This document shows positions 21,030-29,637 of a stretch of 55,018 nucleotides of DNA, piece after piece. Position 1 is the first letter of the stretch; every line of letters starts with the position of its first letter. Under the pieces are notes generated by a model, which was given only the letters and a program-made list of their open reading frames with translations, did no database searches and was not told the DNA's origin. This DNA comes from Candidatus Eiseniibacteriota bacterium (GTDB lineage: Bacteria > Eisenbacteria > RBG-16-71-46 > DASYSL01). The stretch covers positions 1 through 55,018 of the forward strand of contig JANPEF010000067.1 of assembly GCA_031431875.1 (NCBI GenBank), given 5' to 3'. The translations under genes were made by a program, and so were the position numbers.

Positions 21030-22358
21030 GTGAAGACTTCGCACAAGACCGTCGCGGGTGGAGGATCGCCGGCCGACGCCTCCGGACCGCGCCTCCGCAT
21101 TGCCGTGATCGGCGGCGGCGTGGCGGGCCTGACCGCCGCCTGGCTCCTCGCGCCGCGACACGATGTCGTCCTGTACGAGAAGGACACCCGGCCCGGCGGC
21201 CACACGCGCACCGTGATCGTGCCCGCCGGGCCGGATGCCGGGACGCCGATCGACACGGGATTCATCGTCTTCAATCCGCAGAACTACCCGATGTTCGGTC
21301 GGCTGCTCGAACGCCTCGAAGTGTCGAGCCAGGCGAGTGACATGTCCTTCAGCTACCACCGGGTGCGTGACGGGTTTCACTGGGCGGGAAACGGCCTCGA
21401 CGGGTTGTTCGCCCGCAGGCGCTCGTTGGTGTCACTCGCTCATCTTCGCATGATCGGCGACCTGTTGCGTTTCAACCAGCGGGCGCGGAGCGATCTGCGG
21501 GCCGGACGACTCGCTGGCGTCTCGATCGACGACTACGTTCGCGAGCTCAGGCTGTCCGCTGGATTTCGCGATTGCTACCTCGCGCCGATGGCCGCAGCGA
21601 TCTGGTCGACGCGTCCGGCCGAAGTCCTGGCGTTCCCGGCGGCGGCATTCCTGCGCTTCTTCGAGAACCATGGCCTGCTGCAACTGGTGGGGGCGCCCGC
21701 GTGGCGCACGATCACGGGCGGCTCGGCCGTCTACGTCGAGGCGCTGCTTGCCCGCTTCGGCGCGGATGGGGGAGTCCTGCGACTGGGCGAAGCGGTCCAT
21801 TCCGTGCGCCGCGACGCCCAGGGCGTCCTCGTCACCGCCGGTGAATCCGAGCGCTTCGATCGTGTCGTGATCGCCGCCCATGCCGACGAGGCACTGGGGA
21901 TGCTCGAGAGTCCCACATCGGACGAGCGGCGGCTGCTCGGTGCGTGGCGGTACACGACGAACCATTCCGTGCTTCACGCGGACACCACGGTTCTGCCGCC
22001 GCATCGTCGTGCGTGGGCCTCGTGGAACTACGAGGAGGAGGAGACCCGGTCGGGGCCTGCCCCTGCCCCCGTCTGCGTGACCTATTGGATGAACCGCCTG
22101 CAGCGTCTGCGGACCCGGAACGACTGGTGTGTGACCCTCAATCGGCGCACACCCGTCGATGAGCGCACCGTGGTGGACCGGGCCAGATGGATGCATCCTT
22201 GCTTCGACGCGCGCTCCCTGGCGACACAAGCGGAGTTGCCCCAGCTGAACGGCGTGCTGAACACGTATTACTGCGGGAGCTACTTCCGCTATGGCTTCCA
22301 CGAGGATGCCGTGGTGTCGGCCGCAGCCGTCGGGGCCGCTTTCGGGGGTGCGCTGTGA
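21030..22358 (+). CDS. FAD-dependent oxidoreductase (COG2907 type; UfaD-like)
   Basis: IAVIGGGVAGL dinucleotide motif, GGHTRT, DTGFIVFN, SDMSFS, AWASWNY, YGFHED; GTG start. Confidence 0.9.
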   Translation: MKTSHKTVAGGGSPADASGPRLRIAVIGGGVAGLTAAWLLAPRHDVVLYEKDTRPGGHTRTVIVPAGPDAGTPIDTGFIVFNPQNYPMFGRLLERLEVSSQASDMSFSYHRVRDGFHWAGNGLDGLFARRRSLVSLAHLRMIGDLLRFNQRARSDLRAGRLAGVSIDDYVRELRLSAGFRDCYLAPMAAAIWSTRPAEVLAFPAAAFLRFFENHGLLQLVGAPAWRTITGGSAVYVEALLARFGADGGVLRLGEAVHSVRRDAQGVLVTAGESERFDRVVIAAHADEALGMLESPTSDERRLLGAWRYTTNHSVLHADTTVLPPHRRAWASWNYEEEETRSGPAPAPVCVTYWMNRLQRLRTRNDWCVTLNRRTPVDERTVVDRARWMHPCFDARSLATQAELPQLNGVLNTYYCGSYFRYGFHEDAVVSAAAVGAAFGGAL

Positions 22359-24364
22359 AGTCCCGGATCTATGTCGGCAAGGTCGACCACGCGCGTCGCG
22401 GGCCCATCGAGCACCGCTTCGAGTATCCCGTGTACGTCTTCGCCCTGGACCTGGACGAACTTCCGGCCCTCGACGCGCGGCACCCCTGGTTCGGCGTGAA
22501 CCGCGCCCGCCCGGTCTCCCTGTGGGATCGCGATTACCTCGACGGGGCCGCGATTCCGCTGGCGGCGCGGCTTCGCTCGATCCTGGCCGAACGGGGCGTG
22601 ATGGACTTTGCGAGCCTGATGTCGGTGACCATGCCGCGCCTGCTGGGCCTTGCCTTCAATCCCGTCAGTTTTCACCACGCGTTGCGGGCCGACGGTTCCC
22701 TCAGGGCGGTCATCGCCGAGGTGAACAACACGATGGGCGAGCGTTGCATCTACGTGCTCGACGACCTCGTGTCCGATTCGCACGGGTGGTCGACGCCAAT
22801 GCCCGTGAAGAAGACCCTGTACGTCTCGCCGTTCTACGACGTCACCGGCGCGTACTCGTTCCGCTTCGGCACGCTCGGCGATCGGCTCGATGTGCGGGTG
22901 ACGCTCGAGCGGGACGGGAGGCCGGCGTTGATCGCGCGGATCTCGGGGCAGGCACGCCCCCTGAACGGCGTCTCGTACCTCCGCACGTTGATGCGGATGC
23001 CGCTCGAGGGTGTTCTGACGGTGCCGCGGATCGCCGTCCAGGGGGCACGCCTGGCCTGGCAACGCCGGTTGCCGGTCGTGCCGAAGCCCGAAGCCGGCGG
23101 CCCCGGAACCTGGGTCACGTCGCGGCCCGGACTTCTCGATCGCCTCGCCCAGGGCTTCGTGCTCGGAGCGCTCGAGGCCCTGCCCGCGGGCTCGCTCACG
23201 ATCGCCTTCCCTGCCGGCGACGAGCGGAGCTTCGCTCCGTCGACGGACGTGCGCTGCGGGCAGGGCGCCTCTGCACGGATCAACGTCCTCCGCCCCCGCC
23301 TGTTTCGCCGCCTCGCGGCCGACGGGGACGTCGGGCTCGGCGAGGCGTACGTCGACGGGGACTGGTCGACGCCGGACCTCGTGCGCGTTCTCACGACGCT
23401 GTTGCGCGGACGCGACGCATTCGAGCGACCGCGCGGGGTGCGCGGCGTCGTTGCGGCGCTCGCGGGCATGGCGGCCTCCCGACGTCGGGCCCCGCGGGAC
23501 CAGGCGACCAATACGCCCGTCGGGAGCCGCGAAAACATCCGGCGGCACTACGACCTGGGGAACGAGTTCTTCCGGCTGTTTCTCGATCCGACGATGACGT
23601 ACTCCAGCGCGCGCTTTCCCACGACCGAAACCGGGCTCGAGCGGGCGCAGGAGCACAAGATGGAACTGACGCTCGCGCAGACCGGCCTATCGCAGCGGCC
23701 GGGGTCGCACCTGCTCGAGCTTGGTTCCGGTTGGGGCGGGCTCGCGATCGCGGCCGCCCGGTCGTTCGATTGCCGGGTGACGAGCCTCACCCTCTCGCGT
23801 GAGCAGCTTGCCTTCGCCCGTGCGCGAGCTGCCGAGGCGGGCCTGGCCGATCGCGTCTCGTTCGAGTATGCCGACTATCGCGAGGCGCGGGGCACGTACG
23901 ACGCGATCGTCTCCGTGGAGATGCTCGAGGCTGTCGGGCACCGGTTCTACGAGGCATTTTTCGCCACGCTCGAACGCCGGCTCAAGCCGGGGGGCCGTGC
24001 CGTCGTGCAGACGATCCTGCTGGCGGATGCGCGCTACGCCACGTACCTGGAGCGCGCCGACTGGATCCAGAAGCATGTCTTCCCCGGCGGGATGGTGCCG
24101 GCACTATCGGCGCTGACCCGGGCGATGGAACGCTCGTCCTCGCTTGCCCTCGAGCGAATCGACACCTTTGGCGAAGACTATGCGCGAACGCTGGCCCTGT
24201 GGCGCGAGCGGTTCATGGAGCGGCGGGACGAAGCCCGGGCCCTCGGATATGACGAGAAGTTCCTGCGTCTCTGGGAGTACTACCTCGCCTACTGCGAGAC
24301 GGGATTTCGGGAGCGGGAGCTGACGGTCGGGCAGCTGGTGTTCACGAAACCGGGCGGGGCCTGA
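22355..24364 (+). CDS. DUF1365 domain fused to cyclopropane-fatty-acyl-phospholipid synthase-like SAM methyltransferase
   Basis: N-terminal HARRGP..HRFEY, FNPVSF, AEVNNT, YVSPF (DUF1365); C-terminal HYDLGNEFF...MTYS, LELGSGWG, VEMLEAVG, WEYYLAYCE (CFA family). Confidence 0.9.
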   Translation: MKSRIYVGKVDHARRGPIEHRFEYPVYVFALDLDELPALDARHPWFGVNRARPVSLWDRDYLDGAAIPLAARLRSILAERGVMDFASLMSVTMPRLLGLAFNPVSFHHALRADGSLRAVIAEVNNTMGERCIYVLDDLVSDSHGWSTPMPVKKTLYVSPFYDVTGAYSFRFGTLGDRLDVRVTLERDGRPALIARISGQARPLNGVSYLRTLMRMPLEGVLTVPRIAVQGARLAWQRRLPVVPKPEAGGPGTWVTSRPGLLDRLAQGFVLGALEALPAGSLTIAFPAGDERSFAPSTDVRCGQGASARINVLRPRLFRRLAADGDVGLGEAYVDGDWSTPDLVRVLTTLLRGRDAFERPRGVRGVVAALAGMAASRRRAPRDQATNTPVGSRENIRRHYDLGNEFFRLFLDPTMTYSSARFPTTETGLERAQEHKMELTLAQTGLSQRPGSHLLELGSGWGGLAIAAARSFDCRVTSLTLSREQLAFARARAAEAGLADRVSFEYADYREARGTYDAIVSVEMLEAVGHRFYEAFFATLERRLKPGGRAVVQTILLADARYATYLERADWIQKHVFPGGMVPALSALTRAMERSSSLALERIDTFGEDYARTLALWRERFMERRDEARALGYDEKFLRLWEYYLAYCETGFRERELTVGQLVFTKPGGA

Positions 24365-25376
24365 GCGCCGCGTGGATGACGTGCCACGTGCGTCCTTCGT
24401 CGTAGGCGAACAGTTCGGCGCAGGCGAGCAGGAAGATTCTCCAGCGCTGAAGAGCGCGGGGGTCGTCCGGGAGCGCCGACGATGCGCTGTCCCGCGCGCC
24501 ATCGAGTCGCCTGAGCCAGGCCTCGAGAGTGCGCGCGTATTCCCGGCCGTCCACGATCCAGCGGGACTCCTCGACCATGTGCTCGGCGAACCCGGCCAGC
24601 AGGTCGTCGGACGGCATCATCCCTCCGGTGAAGAAGTGCCGCGCCATCCATGACTCACCGTCGTCCGTCTCGTAGGTGTAGGCGTAGTCACGACAGGCGA
24701 AGACGTGGGCGAACAGGAGTCCGTCCTCGTGGAGCCAGCTGCGTACGCGGCGGAGCAGCTCCCGCCAATTCCGCAGGTGCTCGAACATTTCCACGGAGAC
24801 CACACGATCGAAACGCGTGTCGATCGTGAAGTCGCGCATGTCGGCGTGGAGAACGCGCGGCGGCCGGAGTCCGCGCGCCTGGGCCCGCTCGCGTACGAAC
24901 GCAGCTTGCGCGGACGAGTTCGTCACCGCGGTGACTTGCGCCTGGGGATAGCGTTCGGCGAGCCACAGCGTGAGCGATCCCCAACCACAGCCCAGCTCGA
25001 GTATCGATTGTCCGTCGACGATGCCTGCCCGGGCGCAGGTGAGTTCGAGCATGGCGTCCTCTGCCGCGGCGAGGTCCGCAGCGCCCGACGACCACAGGCC
25101 GGAGCTGTACTTCATCCGCGGGCCGAGCCAGGCCGCGTAGAACGCGGGGGGCAGCTCGTAGTGCTGGCGATTCGCCGCGTCGGTGTGAACGGCAAGGGGC
25201 GCTGCCGCGAGCGAGGCGCGGAAGGCCAGCCGGCTGGCGGGGGTCGTTGCGCCGCTGCGCCGAGCCCGCGCGAGCTGGGCCGCGAGGAAGCGGCGGATGC
25301 CGACCCGGATCGCAGCGTCGGGAACGAGCCCGCGCTCCGCCAACTCGATGGCGATCGACTCGAGTCGCGCGCTCAC
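24342..25376 (-). CDS. Second CFA/coclaurine-NMT-like SAM-dependent methyltransferase
   Basis: ANRQHYELP, MKYSS, LELGCGWGSL, VSVEMFEH, HFFTGGMMPS; GTG start overlaps DUF1295 stop. Confidence 0.9.
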   Translation of the reverse strand: MSARLESIAIELAERGLVPDAAIRVGIRRFLAAQLARARRSGATTPASRLAFRASLAAAPLAVHTDAANRQHYELPPAFYAAWLGPRMKYSSGLWSSGAADLAAAEDAMLELTCARAGIVDGQSILELGCGWGSLTLWLAERYPQAQVTAVTNSSAQAAFVRERAQARGLRPPRVLHADMRDFTIDTRFDRVVSVEMFEHLRNWRELLRRVRSWLHEDGLLFAHVFACRDYAYTYETDDGESWMARHFFTGGMMPSDDLLAGFAEHMVEESRWIVDGREYARTLEAWLRRLDGARDSASSALPDDPRALQRWRIFLLACAELFAYDEGRTWHVIHAALRPRPVS

Positions 25377-26188
25377 CGGGGATCGGGTGCGGGGACGCGG
25401 CGTGGCGGCCGGGGGATGAACATCGACACCTCGCGCTGGTAGCGGCGGTAGTCGTCGCCGCGGGTGACCAGCGCGCGTGCCTCGGTGGCGGGAATCCCGC
25501 TGACCTTGAAGAGGAAGAAGAGCATCAGCGCCGGCGCGAACAGCGTCAGTCCGGCCCACGGCGCGCCGATGGCCAGCAGCGGGTACGTCCACCAGTGCAG
25601 CCACTCGAAGAAGTAGTTGGGGTGCCGCGACCACGCCCACAGGCCCGTGCGGCAGGTGCGTCCGCGGTTGGCGGGTTTCGCCCGCCAGGCGGCGAGCTGG
25701 CGATCGGCGATCGACTCCCCGACGACGGCGACGAGCCACATGGCGAGGGCGAGCCCGTCCCACCCCGTGAATGGCCCGGTCGTCTTGGTGAGGATGATCA
25801 GGAACGGAATCGACAGGACTGCGTCGATCAGCCCCTGGGCCTGGAAGAAGAGGAAGAACAGTGGCTGTGCCCGCCGGCCCCAGGCCCGGCGCAGTTCCTG
25901 GTAGCGGCCGTCCTCCTCCGTCGCCTGCAGCACCCGATCGCGCAGCAGGTAGAACGCGAGGCGGAAGGCCCAGATGCCCACGACCGCGGCGAGCAGGATC
26001 CGGCGAGGGAGCCAGCCATCGTCCGCCCAGGCGTAGAGCAACGCGAGAAGGCCAAGGCCGGCTGCCCAGCCGACGTCGACGACGCCGGCGTCGCGCCGGG
26101 CTCGCTGGATCAACCACAGCGATGCCTGCATCAGCGCCATCAGGGCCCAACCGATGAGAAACAGCGCGAGCGGAGAGAGCCCGGTCAT
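25373..26188 (-). CDS. DUF1295 family membrane protein (steroid 5-alpha-reductase-like)
   Basis: VDVGW, EDGRY, ADRQL, GLWAWSRHPNYFFEW, SGIP motifs; TM segments. Confidence 0.9.
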   Translation of the reverse strand: MTGLSPLALFLIGWALMALMQASLWLIQRARRDAGVVDVGWAAGLGLLALLYAWADDGWLPRRILLAAVVGIWAFRLAFYLLRDRVLQATEEDGRYQELRRAWGRRAQPLFFLFFQAQGLIDAVLSIPFLIILTKTTGPFTGWDGLALAMWLVAVVGESIADRQLAAWRAKPANRGRTCRTGLWAWSRHPNYFFEWLHWWTYPLLAIGAPWAGLTLFAPALMLFFLFKVSGIPATEARALVTRGDDYRRYQREVSMFIPRPPRRVPAPDPR

Positions 26189-27435
26189 CCCTCGAACCGG
26201 CGGAAGACGAGCACGGCGTTGTGCCCGCCGAACCCGAACGAGTTCGACATCACCGCCCCGACGCGCGCCTCACGGGCGACCAGCGGAACGTAGTCGAGGT
26301 CGCAGGCGGGATCGGCGTCGTGCAGGTTGATCGTGGGGTGGATCGCCCCGCGCGCGATCGTCAGCACCGCCGCGGCGGCTTCGAGCGCGGGGGCCGCGCC
26401 GAGCGCATGCCCGGTCATCGACTTGGTCGAGTGCACGGCGAGCCGGCGCGCATGGTCGCCGAAGACGGTCTTGATCGCGCCGGTCTCGACGACATCGTTG
26501 AGCGGCGTCGAGGTCCCGTGCGCGTTGACCAGGTCGATCGCATCGGGTACGAGGTGCGCGTCGGCCAGCGCGGCGCGCATGGCGCGCACGGCGCCCTTCG
26601 CTTCGGGCTCGGGGGCGGTCAGGTGGTACGCGTCGGCCGAGGCGCCGTAACCGGCCAGCTCGACCAGGATCGTCGCACCCCGACGGCGCGCGTGCTCCAG
26701 TTCCTCGAGGACGAGGATGCCCGCGCCCTCGGCGATGACGAACCCGTCGCGGTCGCGGCTGAACGGGCGCGAGGCGCCGGCGGGATCGTCGTTGCGCGTC
26801 GACAGCGCGCGCAGCTGGCAATAACCGTCGATGGCGAACGGCGAGATGGTCGACTCGGCGGCTCCGGCAAGGGCGACGTCGGCGCGGCCGGAGCGCACCA
26901 GGTCGAGCGCGGTGCCGATCGAGTTGGCGCCGCTGGCACAGGCGCTGGTGACGCAGAAGTTGGGGCCGTGGCTGCCGAGCTCCATCGCGATGATTCCGGC
27001 GGCGGCGTTGGGGATGACCAGCGGCACGGTGAGCGGATGGAACCTGCCGGGGCCCTTCTCGAGGAAGGGAATGTGCTCGCGCTCGAAGAAGTCGAAGGCG
27101 CCGATCCCCGAGCCGACGATGATCGCGATGCGATCGCGCACGTCAGCCGCGTCGTCGCCCGCGAGCCCGGCCGCATCGACGGCCTCGAGCGCGGCCACGA
27201 GTGCGAGTTGGGAGAAACGGGCGGTGCGCTTGGCGGTCTTCGCGCCGAGGCGGGCTTCGGCGTCGAAATCGGCGACTTCACCGGCGATGCGACTGCGCAG
27301 GGGGGACGCGTCGAACGCGGCGATCGGGCGCACGCCGGAGCGGCCCGCGAGGAGGGCGCTCCAGTAGGCCTCGACCCCCGTGCCGTTCGGCGCGCAGACG
27401 CCGAGTCCGGTCACGACGATGCGACGCTGGGTCAT
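26185..27435 (-). CDS. fabF: Beta-ketoacyl-ACP synthase II
   Basis: RIVVTGLG, SACASG (catalytic Cys), NAHGTST, KSMTGHALGA, NSFGFGGHN. Confidence 0.93.
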   Translation of the reverse strand: MTQRRIVVTGLGVCAPNGTGVEAYWSALLAGRSGVRPIAAFDASPLRSRIAGEVADFDAEARLGAKTAKRTARFSQLALVAALEAVDAAGLAGDDAADVRDRIAIIVGSGIGAFDFFEREHIPFLEKGPGRFHPLTVPLVIPNAAAGIIAMELGSHGPNFCVTSACASGANSIGTALDLVRSGRADVALAGAAESTISPFAIDGYCQLRALSTRNDDPAGASRPFSRDRDGFVIAEGAGILVLEELEHARRRGATILVELAGYGASADAYHLTAPEPEAKGAVRAMRAALADAHLVPDAIDLVNAHGTSTPLNDVVETGAIKTVFGDHARRLAVHSTKSMTGHALGAAPALEAAAAVLTIARGAIHPTINLHDADPACDLDYVPLVAREARVGAVMSNSFGFGGHNAVLVFRRFEG

Positions 27436-28406
27436 CCGGCCGTGAAGGAGCGACCGTCCAGCAGCTCGAAACGGAAGCTCCGCGGCCGCGTGCGCGACTC
27501 GAGCTTTTCGGCGATGCGCGCGAGGCGCTCGGGGTACGTGAGGATCATTTCCAGCGCCTTGTCGCCCAGCGGTCCGAGGCCGGTGAGCTTCCTCAGCTCC
27601 CAGTACTCGATCAGTTCCTCGACGATGCGCAGGAAGTGTCGCGGACCGTACAGGTCGGAGCGGCGGATCACGTCGGTCATCTCGGCGAAGGCCGGGATGT
27701 TCGAGCCCGGCATGACGAAGAGACGAAGCGCGCGGGCCAGCGAGGCGAGCGCCCGGTCGGTGTCGCGCTTGAGCACCTCGGCGAACACTTGACGATAGAA
27801 GTGGAAGTGCCGCGCCTCCTCGGTGCCGACGCGTTCGAGGCTGCGGGCGATCACCGGGTCATACTCGCCGGCGCGCTTGCCGTTGTTCTGGTGGCAGACC
27901 TGCGTCGCCCGCTCCTGCATGGAGGTGTAGGCGAAGAGCTGGTACGGGTCGTTCTGCCAGTCGGGGTTGTAGCCGAGCAGGACGTACTGATACTGCATCT
28001 CGTCGAGGACACGGGGGTGGACCAGCCGGGCCTCCCAGAGGTAGTCATGGAGCACCGTGCCGTGCCGGTCCTCTTCCGCCGTCCACATGTTCGTCCAGCG
28101 CGACCACGCCGAGGTATCCGGGGTGTGCGCGGAGATGACGCGGTGGAAATGCGGCAGGCCCTCCTCGGTGAGCAAGCCCATGACCAGGGAGATGCGTACC
28201 GGATCGGGAATGCCACGCGCCCGATCCCTGAGCTGCGCGAAGTGACGATCGGGATCTTCGCCCTCCGGCGGGCCGACCAGGTCGCTGGGCCACCACAGCC
28301 GCTGCTTCGCCTCGTGCGCTTCGATGAGCTCGACAACGACGGGCTCCACATCGGCGAGAACTTCGAGCTGGTGCGGCAGTGGGTAGGCGAGTTCGGCTAC
28401 AGTCAT
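27432..28406 (-). CDS. Soluble acyl-ACP desaturase (ferritin-like di-iron, DesA1/plant FAB2 type)
   Basis: LTEEGLP, WTAEEDRHG, YTSMQERAT, EEARH, MPG motifs. Confidence 0.9.
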   Translation of the reverse strand: MTVAELAYPLPHQLEVLADVEPVVVELIEAHEAKQRLWWPSDLVGPPEGEDPDRHFAQLRDRARGIPDPVRISLVMGLLTEEGLPHFHRVISAHTPDTSAWSRWTNMWTAEEDRHGTVLHDYLWEARLVHPRVLDEMQYQYVLLGYNPDWQNDPYQLFAYTSMQERATQVCHQNNGKRAGEYDPVIARSLERVGTEEARHFHFYRQVFAEVLKRDTDRALASLARALRLFVMPGSNIPAFAEMTDVIRRSDLYGPRHFLRIVEELIEYWELRKLTGLGPLGDKALEMILTYPERLARIAEKLESRTRPRSFRFELLDGRSFTAG

Positions 28407-28525
28407 GGACTGGGTCTCGAGGGTGGGAAGGGATCGACGAGCACATTTTTTTCCATTCTAGTCGCTGGGTGGGCCCGGGGCGAGCCCAATGTCAACCCCC
28501 CGATTCCCGTCAGAAAGGACTGAAA

Positions 28526-29044
28526 GTGAAGGACTTGTCGACTTTTGCACCGGCCAGCGCCGACCTCGCGGAGGACCTCGTACGGGCACAGTCGGGCGAC
28601 GCCTGGCATGGACCCGCCGTCGGCGAGCTGGTCTACGGGGTCACGGCCGTCGAGGCGGCGGCCCACCCGGTGCCCGGCGCCCACTCGATCTGGGAGGTCG
28701 TGCTCCATGTCACCGGCTGGCGGAACGAGGTTGCACGGCGGCTCGCCACGGGCACGCTCGCCGAGCCCGCGGCGGGCGACTGGCCGGCCGTCCCGGCCGT
28801 GAATGAGGCGAACTGGGCCGCCGCCGTCGCCGGCCTGGCGGCGTCGACCGACGCGGTGATCGGGGCGCTGGCCACGTTTCCGGTCGAGCGCCTCGGTGCG
28901 CAGGCGGGGGACACGCGCGATCCGACGCTGGGATCCGGCGTGACGTGGGCGGCAATGCTGCGCGGGCTCGCCCAGCACGATGCGTATCACGGCGGTCAGA
29001 TCGGGGTCTTGAAGAAGGCGCTCGCCGTGCGGCAGGCATCGTGA
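28526..29044 (+). CDS. DinB/YfiT family protein
   Basis: AWHGP, HSIWEVVLH, QHDAYHGGQI metal-binding His pattern. Confidence 0.85.
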   Translation: MKDLSTFAPASADLAEDLVRAQSGDAWHGPAVGELVYGVTAVEAAAHPVPGAHSIWEVVLHVTGWRNEVARRLATGTLAEPAAGDWPAVPAVNEANWAAAVAGLAASTDAVIGALATFPVERLGAQAGDTRDPTLGSGVTWAAMLRGLAQHDAYHGGQIGVLKKALAVRQAS

Positions 29045-29637
29045 GCCCGTCCGGCGACCGCGAGCGCGTGCGCTGCGGCTGGGCGACCGGGTTCGACCTC
29101 TACCTCGAGTACCACGACACGGAGTGGGGCGTGCCGGTGCACGACGACCGGCGCTTCTTCGAGATGCTGATCCTCGAGGGCGCGCAGGCCGGGCTGTCGT
29201 GGGCGACGATTCTCAAGAAGCGCGCCGCGTACCGCAAGGCGTTCGATCGCTTCGACGTGCGGAAGGTCGCGCGCTACGACGCGGCGAAGGTTCGCGCGTT
29301 GCTCGCCGACGCGGGAATCGTGCGCAACCGCCTGAAGATCGCGGCGGCAGTGAGGAACGCTCGGGCGTTCCTGGCGGTGCAGGACGAGTTCGGGAGCTTC
29401 GATGCGTACGCCTGGCGCTTCGTCGACGGCGCGCCGATCGTGGGCCGCCCGCGTGCGCTGGCCGACATCCGGCCCACCACCGCCGAATCCGACGCGCTGA
29501 GCAATGACCTGAAGCAGCGCGGCATGACCTTCGTCGGCTCGACCATCATGTACGCCTTCATGCAGGCGACGGGGCTGGTCGACGATCACGTCGTCGGCTG
29601 CTTCCGGGCGACGAGGGCGCGGAGCGGGCGAAGCTAG
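29041..29637 (+). CDS. tag: DNA-3-methyladenine glycosylase I
   Basis: RCGW, YHDTEWG, LEGAQAGLSW, IVRNRLKI, FVGSTI..AFMQATG..DDH..C. Confidence 0.95.
   Translation: MSPSGDRERVRCGWATGFDLYLEYHDTEWGVPVHDDRRFFEMLILEGAQAGLSWATILKKRAAYRKAFDRFDVRKVARYDAAKVRALLADAGIVRNRLKIAAAVRNARAFLAVQDEFGSFDAYAWRFVDGAPIVGRPRALADIRPTTAESDALSNDLKQRGMTFVGSTIMYAFMQATGLVDDHVVGCFRATRARSGRS

Noticed and set aside
28455..28495. Minus-strand TTGACA and TAGAAT as the desaturase promoter pair
   Set aside because: The boxes are 29 nt apart, incompatible with sigma70 spacing; the -10 alone may still be real
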